A DNA stretch of 64,000 nucleotides from Methanocella sp. Lineage in GTDB: Archaea; Thermoproteota; Bathyarchaeia; Bathyarchaeales; Bathycorpusculaceae. The stretch spans positions 10,999-74,998 of the forward strand of contig JBLNCY010000057.1 of NCBI GenBank assembly GCA_050261115.1, in the 5' to 3' direction. Numbering within the stretch: position 1 is the first letter of the stretch; each line of letters starts with the position of its first letter. The translations under genes were made by a program, and so were the position numbers. Positions 1 to 7,935 of the stretch are shown in pieces. The notes beneath the pieces were generated by a model, which ran no database searches, had not been told where the DNA came from, and was given only the letters and a program-made list of their open reading frames with translations.

Positions 1-564
1 TATTTCTTCCCAAAGGTACGCTCGACTCTGAGGGTCAAGACCCGTGGTCGGTTCATCAAGCAGCAGCAACTGCGGCCGATGAATCATGCCCAAAGCGATG
101 TCTAATCGCCGTTTTTGACCCCCTGAATAGGTACCTACAGGGCGGTCTATGAATGAGGTCATCTGGAACCTTTCGGCGAATTCCTTTGCAGCCGCTTTAG
201 CCTCCGAGGCGCTCATGCCAAAAAGTCGCGCCTGAAGAACCAAGTTAGCCAATCCCGACGCCGCTAAATCAGCTCCGCCTGCTTGACTAACAAACCCCAC
301 GTTCTTTCGGATTTGCACCTGCTCCTTGACTAGGTCGTAGCCAAGAACTTTTGCTTCTCCGCCGCTTGGCTGCATCAGGGTGGAGAGCATTTTTTGAGTG
401 GTTGATTTGCCAGCACCGTTTGGACCCAAAAACCCAAAGATTTCGCCTCGCTTAACCGCCAAGTTGATGCCTCTAACGGCTTGTACAGTCTTTTTGGTGC
501 CGCGCTCTTTGGATGTGAAGGTTTTCTGGAGCGCGTTTGTTTGGATCACGTATTCGCTGGGCAT
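1..564 (-). CDS. ABC transporter ATP-binding protein (DrrA-like), truncated by the window edge
   Basis: Hand translation from ATG at 564: Walker A GPNGAGKST, signature YSGGQKRR, Walker B LLLLDEPT; SD-like AGGTG upstream. Not in the ORF track. Confidence 0.92.
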   Translation of the reverse strand, partial: MPSEYVIQTNALQKTFTSKERGTKKTVQAVRGINLAVKRGEIFGFLGPNGAGKSTTQKMLSTLMQPSGGEAKVLGYDLVKEQVQIRKNVGFVSQAGGADLAASGLANLVLQARLFGMSASEAKAAAKEFAERFQMTSFIDRPVGTYSGGQKRRLDIALGMIHRPQLLLLDEPTTGLDPQSRAYLWEEI

Positions 565-653
565 GCCAGCACCTACACTAAAGCGGTATATAGGTCATTT
601 GGGAAAGGTGGCTGATTTGGAATCGTGAAAAAATAAATTATTTAGCGATACGT

Positions 654-887
654 TTAGTGTACCGCTTCGACTGTTTGGATTTCTGGAACCATTGACTTTA
701 CGTATGCTTCAATGCCGTTTTTGAGGGTCATCTGTGACATGGGGCAACCTGCACAGTGTCCCACTAGGCGTACTTTGACTGTTGAGCCTTCAACTGCTAC
801 GAGTTCTACGTCTCCGCCGTCCATCTGTATCTGGGGGCGTATGTCGTTGATTGCTGCTTGGACTCTTTTTTCTACTGATTCTGCCAT
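654..887 (-). CDS. NifU/Nfu-domain Fe-S cluster scaffold
   Basis: IRPQIQMDGGDVELV...GHCAGCPMSQMTLKNGIE is the NifU C-terminal CxxC domain; likely start MAESV at 887. Confidence 0.92.
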   Translation of the reverse strand: MAESVEKRVQAAINDIRPQIQMDGGDVELVAVEGSTVKVRLVGHCAGCPMSQMTLKNGIEAYVKSMVPEIQTVEAVH

Positions 888-1114
888 ACAATTCACTATC
901 AAATTTGAGCGTATGCTACCACTATAAAGATTCCTATGCACAGGAACCAAAATTGCATGTCTGGGTCTGAGTAAACGCTATATACGAGGGCTATGATTAG
1001 AGAACAATTTTTGGGTGGCTTGTTTGCTGCAGGGCAATCTGGATGTAATTTGGGTAATATTTTGCAATAAACTTAATATCTGTTGAGCAAAATTAGCGGT
1101 TGGGAGAGCACTAC

Positions 1115-1396
1115 ATGAAACAAAAAATAGTAAACCAAATAGTGGTATACAGAATGCACCTCTCTGAAATCAACAAAAACGGATCCCTACCCTGCCCCAA
1201 CTGCGGCGCCCACATCTCACCCGACGACCACACCGACAACATATACACCATCCTAGACGTAAACATGAACGGCGACGAACTAGACGAAATCCTAATCCGC
1301 TGCAACAAGTGCCAAAGCCAAATCCAAATAGGCGGCTTCTCAGGAGCAGAACAACTGCTTAACCAACGCCCAAAAAGGATAGCTTTACCACTGTAG
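1115..1396 (+). CDS. Small zinc-ribbon protein of unknown function
   Basis: CPNCG...CNKC Cys pairs; GGAGAG 6 nt before ATG 1115. Confidence 0.65.
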   Translation: MKQKIVNQIVVYRMHLSEINKNGSLPCPNCGAHISPDDHTDNIYTILDVNMNGDELDEILIRCNKCQSQIQIGGFSGAEQLLNQRPKRIALPL

Positions 1397-1774
1397 TTAA
1401 GCTTCGATGTTTCTATCTTTTAATTTACTATCAATCAAACTCAGAAGCTGAGATGGCTGCACCGGTTTACTTAATAGGGCATCTAAACCAGTAACCGTGT
1501 TTAATTCGTGTGCTCGGCCGGTCAGCATGATTTTTAGCGTTTTAGGCGACGCTTTGGTTATAGGCTCAAAGAGGTCGGTGCCTTCCATGTCTGGGAGGCA
1601 GTAGTCGATTAGGGCCACATCGAAGTGGCTGCTGCTTAGTTTTTCTATGGCTTCTGCGCCCTTGGCGGCTACTTCAACTTTGTAGTTGTTGCGTTCAAAG
1701 ATGCGGCTTAACGTGTGGAGTATGGCTTTGTCGTCGTCTATAATCAGAATAGATGGCTTGCTTAAAAAAATCAA
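1397..1774 (-). CDS. Stand-alone response regulator receiver domain
   Basis: ILIIDDD, phosphoacceptor LIDYCLPD, MLTG and KP motifs; no output domain. Confidence 0.92.
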   Translation of the reverse strand: MIFLSKPSILIIDDDKAILHTLSRIFERNNYKVEVAAKGAEAIEKLSSSHFDVALIDYCLPDMEGTDLFEPITKASPKTLKIMLTGRAHELNTVTGLDALLSKPVQPSQLLSLIDSKLKDRNIEA

Positions 1775-1904
1775 GTCGCCGCCAAAACTCCATGATACAC
1801 ATGGGTGCCTTTTGTTTATAAAATTTATGCAAAAAGCTGATATGGTTATTGAAAATTTTTAAGTAACCTCTGGGGCTTTTAGTTAAAAGAGAGAGGGCTA
1901 CCCC

Positions 1905-2954
1905 ATACAGAATAAAGAACAACAAACAAGCTCACGCTCATCCGTAATCAGCGACTACGTTGGGTGGGCGGCAATCCGAATCGGCGTCATAGTGATATCC
2001 TTTATCGTTTTAGAGGTATCCTACAAACTAGGCTTGTTTGGGGTCTTTGGAGATGAAGCCCTGCAGTTTAGTATCTACTCTGCGGTTCAAAAAATCCTCT
2101 TTTCCTTAGTTGTATGGTTCTTTTTAGCGACCTCACGAAAAATGATAATTCCCATCACAATACTCTCCGTGTCCCCTGCCTTGGGAAAAATTGTTCGTGA
2201 TCGATCATCCGTACAGAAAACAAACCTATCCCTAACCCGCTACTTAACTTATCTAGTCTACATCATAGGAGGCATCGCGCTTGTTTTGATCTGGGCTTAT
2301 GCCGCTATAGGCACCTGGGTTGCAGGCTTTCTGGGCAACAGCCTAGTAATCGGTTTAACCTTTATTCTGGGTCTTTTCTCTTCAAGCGTGCTTGGAAACG
2401 TCTTGGGCTATGCGATTCTGGGCGGCACAAATGAATTCAAAGTAGGTGACCGCGTCCAAATCGGTAGCAGCTATGGCGATGTTGTTGAGGTTGGCATTTT
2501 CTTTACCAGAATAAAAACGATCAAAGACGAGGTCATTAGCATCCCCAATTTGACGGTTATGAGTAAAGAGATACAGAATTTCAGCGCCGAAAAAGAAGTC
2601 CTCCTATACACCCAGGTAAACCTGGGCTATGATGTTAACAAGGAACAAGCCAAGCAGCTACTCATTGAAAGCGCACGAAGAACAAGAGGCATTTCAAAGG
2701 CAACTAAGCCGCCCTTTGTGCTGCTCAAAGAACTGGGCAGCTACAGCATAACTTATGAAATCAACGCTTACACCAACGAACCCAACCGTATGGTTGAAAT
2801 AAAAAGCGAACTCATCGACAACATCTTAACCGACTTCAAAAAAGCAGGCATCGATCTCCTCTCACCCACCTATCTTGTGCTCCGCAACCAAGAAAACACA
2901 GTCATGCCAGTAGCCCACTACATTGAGCGAATAAAACAAAAGCCCCAACCCTAA
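1905..2954 (+). CDS. MscS-family mechanosensitive channel
   Basis: FKVGDRVQIG...G.V.EVGIFFTRIKT...ISIPN core of MscS. Frame is open upstream of GTG 1992 through a TM helix; start proposed at ATA 1905. Confidence 0.88.
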   Translation: MQNKEQQTSSRSSVISDYVGWAAIRIGVIVISFIVLEVSYKLGLFGVFGDEALQFSIYSAVQKILFSLVVWFFLATSRKMIIPITILSVSPALGKIVRDRSSVQKTNLSLTRYLTYLVYIIGGIALVLIWAYAAIGTWVAGFLGNSLVIGLTFILGLFSSSVLGNVLGYAILGGTNEFKVGDRVQIGSSYGDVVEVGIFFTRIKTIKDEVISIPNLTVMSKEIQNFSAEKEVLLYTQVNLGYDVNKEQAKQLLIESARRTRGISKATKPPFVLLKELGSYSITYEINAYTNEPNRMVEIKSELIDNILTDFKKAGIDLLSPTYLVLRNQENTVMPVAHYIERIKQKPQP

Positions 2955-3190
2955 GATGGCGGCTGCTTAATCCACACTTTAGCGGTCTCCTGCACCCTAA
3001 TTCGGCCCTCAGTCTGCATCAACCGCACCTGCGTTTCGATGAATCGCTTGTCGCTGGTATGGAACTCTTTACGGATGGCGTTTTCGAGTTTGGGGATGTT
3101 GATGTGCTCGACTGCGCCTACGATATTCCAGAAGTGGGCTTGGATTTTTAAGCGCTTCTTTTTGGCTTCGGGCTCAACAGTTTTAGTCAT
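2951..3190 (-). CDS. Hypothetical small basic protein (possibly winged-helix-like)
   Basis: 79 aa ORF with ATG directly behind a small upstream ORF; no recognised family. Confidence 0.55.
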   Translation of the reverse strand: MTKTVEPEAKKKRLKIQAHFWNIVGAVEHINIPKLENAIRKEFHTSDKRFIETQVRLMQTEGRIRVQETAKVWIKQPPS

Positions 3191-3197
3191 AAGAGGT

Positions 3198-3317
3198 TTA
3201 CCTTGCGCAGTAGGGGCTTTCGTTTTTGACTTTGTGCGCTTGAACGCAGGCGGCGCAGTCGCTGTGATAGGGGCATTGTCGTTTTGGGCAGGGACAATTG
3301 GGTGCCTTACTTGACAT
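3198..3317 (-). CDS. 39-aa Cys/His-rich protein (DUF6485-like)
   Basis: Hand translation MSSKAPNCPCPKRQCPYHSDCAACVQAHKVKNESPYCAR; AAGGT before ATG; fills the gap between two co-oriented genes. Confidence 0.68.
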   Translation of the reverse strand: MSSKAPNCPCPKRQCPYHSDCAACVQAHKVKNESPYCAR

Positions 3318-3352
3318 AACCTTGAGTTCTCTATAACGAATATAATGATTGC

Positions 3353-3682
3353 TTAGTGGTTCTTTTTTCTTTCTTGCCCAAACCGATAAATGACATAGAT
3401 GCCCAAAGCATAGATGCCGACAGAGAAAATGCCGATAGAAAAGATACCGATCGAGAATATCCCAATCGAGAAAATGCCCGCGGCAAAAATGCCCACCGCA
3501 AAGGTTCCAGCCGCGAATACTCCTACGCTAAATTGCCCCGCCGCAAGATAACCCCCCGCAAAGTTATCGGCACTAAGGAGGGGTAAGCCGCCGATGGTCA
3601 TGTAACCTGCTAAGTACAGAATTAAGGCGATTAACAGCAGCGTGATGGGTATGGCTGCAGAAGCTATAGAAGTCATTCTCAA
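3353..3682 (-). CDS. Small membrane protein with tandem 5-residue (S/A)-x-G-x-F repeats
   Basis: N-terminal TM helix, then about 10 repeats (AAGQF SVGVF AAGTF AVGIF AAGIF SIGIF...), basic C-terminus. Confidence 0.72.
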   Translation of the reverse strand: MRMTSIASAAIPITLLLIALILYLAGYMTIGGLPLLSADNFAGGYLAAGQFSVGVFAAGTFAVGIFAAGIFSIGIFSIGIFSIGIFSVGIYALGIYVIYRFGQERKKNH

Positions 3683-3766
3683 AATGGGCGCCTGCTATGC
3701 ATTTAATGCAGTTATCGCTTTTCAATGTTTGTGACTAAAAAATGAAGCCACAAAAAAGAGGATTGG

Positions 3767-5740
3767 TTAGAGCCCAAATAGGGTGAGCAGCCTGAATGCT
3801 AAGCCGCCGACGAGGAGGGCTATGCCGATGTTGGCTGCCGTTATTGCTGCGGTGGCTTTCCATCCGAACTCTTTACCCAGCAGTGCCATGGTGGATACGC
3901 ATGGTATGTAGAGCATTGCCACGAGCGCCATCACGACCAGCTGCACAGGGGTAAAGCCCACGAGTAAATCGGCGGTTCCCAGTATCGCGGCTGCACCGAC
4001 CAAGACGAACTCTTTTCGGATTGTTCCCAAGAGGAGCAGCACTCCCGCCATGACTGGCAGTCCAAGCCACCAAACCGTCAGCGGCTCCATCACGTTGCTT
4101 ATGGGTTTAAGCACGTCATATGCGAACGCCAGCTGAATCAGCGCGCTGCCAACGATGTAGATTGGGAACACGATGTAGATGAGTGATTTAGTGCGTGCCC
4201 ATGTCTGCTTTAGCACTACTTTGAGTGAGGGCCGCTTGAAGCTGCTCATCTCCATGATTAGACCTGTGGATTTGCCAGGTACCACTTTCATCGCTACCCG
4301 TCCAGCTATGAAGATGATTATTATGTCCACGGCGTAGAGGAGTAGCGCCCATTCGATTCCTACGAAGAGGCCTACCATGCCAAAAAGCACGATTGTACGG
4401 GCTGAACAAGGCGCGAAAGTGATGGCAAATGCAGCAAGGAGGCGTTCGCGGCGGGTTTCCATGATTTTACAGCTGTGAATGGCAGGTACGCTGCAGCCAT
4501 ATCCTAGTATGATTGGGATGAGGGCTTTACCGTGGAGTCCCATCTTGTGCATAGCGCTATCCATCATAAAGGCTACGCGTGTCAGCAGACCTGAGTCTTC
4601 GATAGCGGCCAGTAGTAGGTAGAATGGGATGACGAACGGTATGATGAGTGTTAAGCCTGCGCTGATGCCGCCCCATATGCCATTGAAGATGATGTTTTGG
4701 ATTGGCTCGGTGTTGGTGAGTACTGGGTCGACTGAATAGATGCTGTTGAGTGCCTCTGTGATTAATTCGGAGAGTCCATTGCCGACGAAGAATGTCCAGA
4801 GCAGTAGGCCCAAGATGACTCCTGCAGATGTTAGGTAGCCAAGTACGTGGTGTGTAGTTAGCCATTCAAGTTTGTCTTGGAAGGTGTTCCAGATTTCACT
4901 TTGCTGCGTTGTTGATGCGGTGATGGAGCTGGCGAGTGCATAGCGTTCAGAGGCTATGATTGAGAAGCAGGGTTCTTGACAGCTTTTCTGTAGCTCTGCA
5001 CCGATTGCTTTTGCGTTGACAATTAATGGTTGGGATTTTGCAGCAACCATTTTACTGATTTCTGTATCGCCTTCCAGCAGCTTTATTGCTAACCAGCGAG
5101 CGGGGTATTGTAGCTCTAGGTTTTCTCTTTCGATTATATGCTGGAGTTGCTCTATTTTGTCTTCAAGTTCCTTACGATATTTGAGATGTTTAGGTTTTGG
5201 TTTGTGTGTAGCGACTTTTACTGCTTCTTTGACTGCTTCATACACACCTTCACCATGGATTGCGGTTGCAAGCACTACTGGAACGCCAAGTTTCTCTTGG
5301 AGTTTTTCTTTGTCGATTATGATGCCTTTACTTTTAGCTACGTCCCACTGATTCAGAACTAAAACCAGCGGAGCATTCATCTCTAACAGTTGAAGCGTAA
5401 AGAACAAGTTACGCTCCAAAACGGAGGCGTCAACAACATTTATGACGACATCAGGCTTTTCAAGTGCAATATAATCTCGTGAAACCAACTCCTCCATAGA
5501 GAAAGTGGAAAACGAGTATATGCCCGGCAGGTCAATAACGGTGATGTCGTATCCTTCAAAGCTAAGGCTGCCCTCGGCGCGTTCTACGGTTTTGCCCGGC
5601 CAGTTGCCTATGATCTGGTTTGAGCCCGTGAGGAGGTTAAAGATTACGCTTTTACCTACGTTTGCGTTTCCGGCTAGGGCGAATGTTAGCTGCTTTCTGT
5701 TTTGGTCAGGGGTTTTTTGGTTTTTTTGTCTTGAGAACAT
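3767..5740 (-). CDS. feoB: Ferrous iron transporter B
   Basis: G1 [24 protein letters not shown]; gate motifs with CSAR; AGGTGA SD. Confidence 0.97.
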   Translation of the reverse strand: MFSRQKNQKTPDQNRKQLTFALAGNANVGKSVIFNLLTGSNQIIGNWPGKTVERAEGSLSFEGYDITVIDLPGIYSFSTFSMEELVSRDYIALEKPDVVINVVDASVLERNLFFTLQLLEMNAPLVLVLNQWDVAKSKGIIIDKEKLQEKLGVPVVLATAIHGEGVYEAVKEAVKVATHKPKPKHLKYRKELEDKIEQLQHIIERENLELQYPARWLAIKLLEGDTEISKMVAAKSQPLIVNAKAIGAELQKSCQEPCFSIIASERYALASSITASTTQQSEIWNTFQDKLEWLTTHHVLGYLTSAGVILGLLLWTFFVGNGLSELITEALNSIYSVDPVLTNTEPIQNIIFNGIWGGISAGLTLIIPFVIPFYLLLAAIEDSGLLTRVAFMMDSAMHKMGLHGKALIPIILGYGCSVPAIHSCKIMETRRERLLAAFAITFAPCSARTIVLFGMVGLFVGIEWALLLYAVDIIIIFIAGRVAMKVVPGKSTGLIMEMSSFKRPSLKVVLKQTWARTKSLIYIVFPIYIVGSALIQLAFAYDVLKPISNVMEPLTVWWLGLPVMAGVLLLLGTIRKEFVLVGAAAILGTADLLVGFTPVQLVVMALVAMLYIPCVSTMALLGKEFGWKATAAITAANIGIALLVGGLAFRLLTLFGL

Positions 5741-5757
5741 GCCACTTCACCTACCTT

Positions 5758-6501
5758 TTAGGTTGCTGCTGGGTCCACGAAGACTTTAGTTGCGATACCG
5801 TGGCCGATGGCTAGTTTGGAGCCACGGACAGAGATTTCGATGGGACCCCCGAAGGGTGCCGCTTTGAGGAGGGTTACTTTTGTTCCGGGAGTTAAGCCCA
5901 TGTCTAGGAGGCGCTGGAGGACTGTGTGGCCTCCGCGGATGAACTGGATTTTGCCTGATTGTCCAGCTCGGAGTTCGTTTAGGGCCAGAAGGTTTTCTTT
6001 TCGTTTTCCGACTTCTTCTTGGCCTTTGTTGTGGAGGCTTATGCATTCTTCGCAGGTTGTGAAGGGGAGATCGCAGGCGGGGATTGTGTTGCCGTCGTCG
6101 CTGCAGGTGTCTGGATGTTTGAGTAGACGGCAGAGGGATTCTTCGGCTTCGTCGGAGAGGGTGTGTTCCATTTGGCAGGCTTGGGTGTGGACTTTGTCTT
6201 TGCCTATGTGTAGGATGTCGGTGAGGAAGGTTTCAAGTAAGCGGTGTTTGCGGAGAGTTTTTTGGGCTTCGGCGAGGCCTTTTTTGGTTAGTTTGCTGCC
6301 TTTGTAGGGTTCGTATTTTATATAGTCGTCTTCTGAGAGTTTTTTGAGCATTTCTGTGACGGATGCGGGGGCTATGTCTAGTTTTTTGCTGATTTCGGTG
6401 GTGCTGACTAGGTCTTTGTTTCGGCTGAGGGTGTAGATGGTTTTGAGGTAGTCTTGGGTTGATTTTTGTTCCGTGGTTTTTCTCCTCCTTTTTAGGTGCA
6501 C
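5758..6501 (-). CDS. DtxR/IdeR-family metal-dependent repressor fused to a C-terminal FeoA domain
   Basis: [32 protein letters not shown]; Feo[11 protein letters not shown]...APFGGPIEI. Probable true start is ACG at 6474. Confidence 0.93.
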   Translation of the reverse strand: MHLKRRRKTTEQKSTQDYLKTIYTLSRNKDLVSTTEISKKLDIAPASVTEMLKKLSEDDYIKYEPYKGSKLTKKGLAEAQKTLRKHRLLETFLTDILHIGKDKVHTQACQMEHTLSDEAEESLCRLLKHPDTCSDDGNTIPACDLPFTTCEECISLHNKGQEEVGKRKENLLALNELRAGQSGKIQFIRGGHTVLQRLLDMGLTPGTKVTLLKAAPFGGPIEISVRGSKLAIGHGIATKVFVDPAAT

Positions 6502-6506
6502 CTAAA
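6491..6506. promoter_or_regulatory. DtxR/IdeR operator box 1
   Basis: Perfect palindrome TTTAGGTGCACCTAAA of the TTAGG-N-CCTAA DtxR type, over the predicted transcription start of the dtxR-feoB operon. Confidence 0.85.
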
Positions 6507-6528
6507 GGTTGTTGATGGGATATAAAGT

Positions 6529-6544
6529 TTTAGGTATGCCTAAA
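6529..6544. promoter_or_regulatory. DtxR/IdeR operator box 2
   Basis: Near-palindrome TTTAGGTATGCCTAAA just upstream of the minus-strand TATA box (TTTATAT, 6526-6520). Confidence 0.8.
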
Positions 6545-6736
6545 TATTTCCGGTCCATAAACATCCCAACCAACAAACACCCATTATCTATAAAGCAAAG
6601 ACAACCTGACAAATAGCCGCTGCCTCCACCTAAAACAAATGTGCAACCCACAATTAACCAACCCAACAGCCACCCAGCCCCCACTCATGAAAACCAGCAA
6701 ATACCCAAATACCTCCTGTACGGTGTGCGGTTGCTG

Positions 6737-6776
6737 AGTTATATATAAGGGAGGGGGGTCCCTGTGAGAGCAACAG
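6737..6776 (+). repeat. Dispersed intergenic element, copy A (short form)
   Basis: AGTTATATATAAGGGAGGGGGGTCCCTGTGAGAGCAACAG matches the core shared with five other copies. Confidence 0.85.
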
Positions 6777-6849
6777 GCTCCCCCGACTGCTTGCAAAACT
6801 AAAATGAACCAAATCGATAGACCTTCATGTTCAGCCCCCTCTCCACTGT

Positions 6850-6881
6850 CATCGAATGTTGTTTTGTCGATGCTTTAAATA
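6850..6881 (+). promoter_or_regulatory. Inverted repeat abutting the TATA box of the PolB2 cassette
   Basis: CATCGA-N11-TCGATG (6850-6872) followed by TTTAAATA (6874-6881). Confidence 0.5.
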
Positions 6882-6929
6882 ACAAAAATCAACGTAACCG
6901 TTGCCTCAACCACAAAAGAGAGGAAAACC

Positions 6930-7667
6930 GTGCAGAAACTCATTGTTAAACCATCAACCCCTCAGCTGACATCCCAACCGACGTTTTCACTAAACATGCC
7001 CCAAGCAGATGAACTCTTTCCCGGATTTCTACCCGGCGACTTCGCAGTCATACACGGCTCACCCGCCATAAACACCCTAACTTCACTGCTCTGTGTACGC
7101 GCTCAGCTACCTATGCAACTTGGCGGCTTAGCAAGTAATGTAGTCTTCATCGACGGCGGAATCACCTTTAGACTCTACCGCATCGCCAAATTAGCCCAGC
7201 TTCATGGACTCAACGCAGAAGAGGTACTGCAAAGAATCTTTATCTCTCGGGCATTCACCGCCTACCAGTTAACCTCGCTGGTAATGGAGAAACTAGAAGA
7301 AACCGTAAAAACCTGCCACGCTAAAGTCGCCATAATCTCAGACGTCGCTGGCTTCTTCTTAGACACCAATATAGCCGCAGAGGAAGCACAGAAAATCTAC
7401 AGCCAACTCATCTGCTACCTTGCAGACTTTGCTCGCAAACACCAAATCGTCGTAGTAGCCACCTATCTGCCCTACGAAAACAGCAAACGCAACATGACCC
7501 TCCAGCAGATAACCACCCAAAACGCGGGAATCGTCCTGTGCTTCACCAAAACCCCGAATGGCAAACAGCTATCCCTAGAAAAACACCCGACCTATACTCT
7601 GGGAACTACAAAATTACCTACAAGAACCATAACTTTAACTGACTTTTTAGGTGACAAATCTGGGTAA
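6930..7667 (+). CDS. Inactive RadA/RecA-like protein of the PolB2 cassette
   Basis: RecA-fold motifs VVFIDGG, I.ISRAFTAYQL and IISD retained; Walker A degenerate (HGSPAINTL, no GKT). Confidence 0.82.
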   Translation: MQKLIVKPSTPQLTSQPTFSLNMPQADELFPGFLPGDFAVIHGSPAINTLTSLLCVRAQLPMQLGGLASNVVFIDGGITFRLYRIAKLAQLHGLNAEEVLQRIFISRAFTAYQLTSLVMEKLEETVKTCHAKVAIISDVAGFFLDTNIAAEEAQKIYSQLICYLADFARKHQIVVVATYLPYENSKRNMTLQQITTQNAGIVLCFTKTPNGKQLSLEKHPTYTLGTTKLPTRTITLTDFLGDKSG

Positions 7668-7935
7668 AACAGTCGAATCCTACCGTATGGCAGTCGAAGA
7701 TGAAATTCGCCGCTGGAACGGTTTTGCTAAGGCTCTACGCAAAGAGGACCGGGAAGCCTTCGACGCATTGATGGATGCATGCCGCAGCTATGCGTCTGCC
7801 GCGAGCAACGCAACCAAACCCATACTCTTTGAGCCAATGGTTATGTCGATACTGCTTTCCCAGCAGATACGCATCCAACGATTAGCAAAGGAAGTCGAAG
7901 ACCTTAAAGCCAAACAGCCAGCCTCCACCCAGTAG
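7651..7935 (+). CDS. Small helical PolB2-associated protein (arCOG07300-like)
   Basis: GKTVESYR...W.GF..AL.KEDREAFD.L...R.YA pattern of the small protein usually encoded next to polB2; probable start CTG 7660. Confidence 0.75.
   Translation: MTNLGKTVESYRMAVEDEIRRWNGFAKALRKEDREAFDALMDACRSYASAASNATKPILFEPMVMSILLSQQIRIQRLAKEVEDLKAKQPASTQ

Noticed and set aside
6502-6796. ORFs 6502-6684 and 6584-6796
   Set aside because: They run through operators, the promoter and repeat copy A; low-complexity translation.
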